Assembly: GCF_000981445.1 (NCBI RefSeq)
Contig: NC_027217.1
Span: forward strand, 2,046,001-2,110,000
Reading direction: 5' to 3'
DNA: 64,000 nucleotides
Source: Babesia bigemina
Lineage: Eukaryota
The notes beneath the pieces are model-generated. The model searched no databases. It was not told where the DNA came from and was given only the letters and a program-made list of their open reading frames with translations. Position numbers and translations under genes: made by a program. How positions within the stretch are numbered: the stretch's first letter is position 1; each line of letters opens with the position of its first letter. Positions 61,815 to 64,000 of the stretch are shown here, in pieces.

Positions 61815-62403
61815 GGGAATTTAACAAACTAAATCAAACTGCAGGTTCGTCACACGCTTATGTTTGCAGGTAATGCGCGGGTGTGCGAGACGGGATTCTA
61901 CACATCCGAAGACGCAGACAGTGGAGAATTCCTCTTATAGTAGATGGAGATTGCCGTAATGCAGTTCGATACTGACGTTTCACTAAATTAAGGTGAGCAT
62001 CGTAATTTTTCCCCGGTGATAAATTGATTAGTTACACAATGCGTCCGTAGACACGGTCGATGTCGGACGCGGCTGACAGCCGTCAAGTAGCCGGCATCGC
62101 TTTAGACTTTACGTGTCTGTATTTAATGTGATATGTATACCTATTAATGGTACAAAATTTCAGCTTCTGACTCCGCTGAATGCAGTAGCATGCCTACCCC
62201 GATACTCGTACGATAACGGGCCCCGTTTTAATACCGAAAAAAAATTAGTGTTTAAATATGTCTACAACACCCCTAGTGCTGCCTCTTCGTGAGAGCACCA
62301 AAACCGTTTATGATGCATTCCACACGTCACAAGGAAGGCGCAAAGCGCCAAGCAATACTCAGCCCTCAGGCAGCGACAGGAGGGGAAATTATACTAGCGA
62401 TTA

Positions 62404-63231
62404 TCACGTAGCATCCTTTGACTCGGATTTCGGTCCCAATGTCGGAATGCTGGAGGCCACCGCCTCAGGTACTACGCTGATCCACGCCGGTGTACGAGAG
62501 GCAGTCATGTCTGCGCTGCCGCCCGCAGAACCCGGCGCATTCCCCAGCAACTCCTGCTCCGTACCCGACAGAATCGTATCCATTTGCGGCGGCTTGGACT
62601 TGGTCACGGTGAACGACATCCGCAACTTATCCGTCATCTGCCCCGACGTCTCCATCTCGTGGTACATGTTGTCGAAGAGGACCTTGAGGTTCTCGTATTC
62701 GTGCTTTAGCATGTACGTCACCTGGTCGTTGATGGCCAACTTCTCCTGCATTAGATAGATGGCGTCCATACGAGTTTTCTGAATGTCATCCATTTCTTCC
62801 TGTGTAACGCTATCGGGAGGAGGTCCTGTTGGTGCGATGGCCGTCGGGGTGCTGCCGCTCTCTGTGGCTGCTGGCGTATTTCCCTTACAGTGGCGTTTCG
62901 TATCTCCGCCTGCCGGCTTCGATTTGGACTCGGCAGCTTGCTTCTGTTTGGAGCCGCGGCCTTTTGCAGGGCCGGACCCTTTCTCGTCCGACGCCTGCCT
63001 CTTAATGGGACTGGTCGACGCTTCGCGCTTAGACGCCGTCTTATCAGCAGCAGCAGGGGATGACGTTGGAGTCTGCGCCTGTAGCTTGCTTAATAGTACC
63101 TGTTCCTTCTTCCTAGCATCATCTAGAAGAGACACGAACTTCGTATCTAACTCCCGCATCAGCAGGAGATTTCGCCGGATGAAACCCGGCAATCCGAGCA
63201 GGTCATCCGTGACATCATCAGAAGCGTCCAT
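62404..63231 (-). CDS. ING-family N-terminal domain protein (no PHD finger seen)
   Basis: LPGFIRRNLLLMRELD and QEKLAINDQVTYML match the helices of the ING dimerisation domain. Confidence 0.7.
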   Translation of the reverse strand: MDASDDVTDDLLGLPGFIRRNLLLMRELDTKFVSLLDDARKKEQVLLSKLQAQTPTSSPAAADKTASKREASTSPIKRQASDEKGSGPAKGRGSKQKQAAESKSKPAGGDTKRHCKGNTPAATESGSTPTAIAPTGPPPDSVTQEEMDDIQKTRMDAIYLMQEKLAINDQVTYMLKHEYENLKVLFDNMYHEMETSGQMTDKLRMSFTVTKSKPPQMDTILSGTEQELLGNAPGSAGGSADMTASRTPAWISVVPEAVASSIPTLGPKSESKDAT

Positions 63232-63689
63232 TGTAGAAGCAGAGTGCGATATTTCTCGACATGAGTTCTGGTGTAGCCTCAGGTGGCGGCCGTGAAGTGG
63301 TCTTCCTGTTTAGCGCTGTTGCGGCGCCCACAAACCTGGAGTATCGTCTCCACGACACACTACGGAGGTGTGCACGATGCCCTGATCTGCGGGATAGAAG
63401 GTCCTCACCTCGTGCCCAAAAGACACAACGCAGGCAGCTGTGTCGCTTCCACGAGAGTGGCAACCGGCGATGGCTATTGGCGCGGCCACTCTACAAAACG
63501 CCAAACATCGAAATTAATATTTTTGAGACGAAAATAATCTAAATATGTGCCTGCAGAAGGCGGTATTATTGCTGATGCCCACCCCTACTGCTTCCTACGC
63601 GCCTTAGTCTACTCTGTCTACAAGGCACTAATAGGCTCAAAATTGCGTAGAAGGAGCCCGGATTCTCGTCGGGAACACTTTAAAGAGCC

Positions 63690-64000
63690 ATGTGTGGTCT
63701 GTTTCAGCCGATAGGGCAGGTTCGGCTGACGAATGTCGCCACTGTGCGCCTCAAGGTGGGAGGTTGCCGCTTTGAGATTGCCTGCTACAAAAACAAGGTC
63801 CTCAACTGGCGCTCAGGTATGCAGTCTACGTGGTGTGTATTATATCAGTGACTATATTCGAGGACTGCGCTATAAACGTTTTGCAGGCGTGGAAACCGAC
63901 ATCCAGGAGGTCCTGCAAAGCCCGTACATCTTCACCAGCATTTCCAAAGGGAAACTGGCGAAAAACGACCAGCTTATCAAGGCATTCGGCACCAAGGAAG
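63690..64000 (+). CDS. SBDS: SBDS/Sdo1 ribosome maturation factor (5' part, runs off the window)
   Basis: [46 protein letters not shown]...SKG...AFGT. Confidence 0.95.

Noticed and set aside
1..64000. tRNA/rRNA genes
   Set aside because: None recognised by eye; tRNAscan-SE or Infernal would be needed to exclude them.

Overview
Eukaryotic, intron-containing DNA from an apicomplexan piroplasm, very likely Babesia. The evidence is GT-AG introns of mostly 33-40 nt, ves-like genes, RAP proteins and a MAPK with a TGH activation loop; the species cannot be fixed from the sequence. The window has three zones. (1) About 1-37.4 kb is GC-rich and very tightly packed with housekeeping genes: Sec24, a CERLI/RASP-like protein, LTV1, uL13m, TBCB, SPOUT1, Rad4/XPC, PA2G4, a bacterial-type GMP reductase, a RAP protein, a TBC GAP, a DCAF-type WD40 protein, MAPK2, WDR75, Med21, CDC50 and ARP6. 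(2) About 37.4-54.6 kb is an AT-richer, gene-sparse accessory island holding a repeat-bearing secreted protein and a twice-repeated cassette of a short ves-like gene plus an MFS transporter. (3) About 54.6-64 kb returns to core genes: RPL11, RPS18, a secreted protein with degenerate zeta-carbonic-anhydrase-like motifs, a second RAP protein, an ING protein lacking its PHD finger, and SBDS (partial). The most interesting items are the ves-like+MFS cassette, the putative pseudo-carbonic anhydrase, the His-rich CDC50 tail, the likely horizontally acquired GuaC, and several convergent genes whose coding ends touch or overlap. All exon models were read by eye and all family calls come from remembered motifs; no searches were run.
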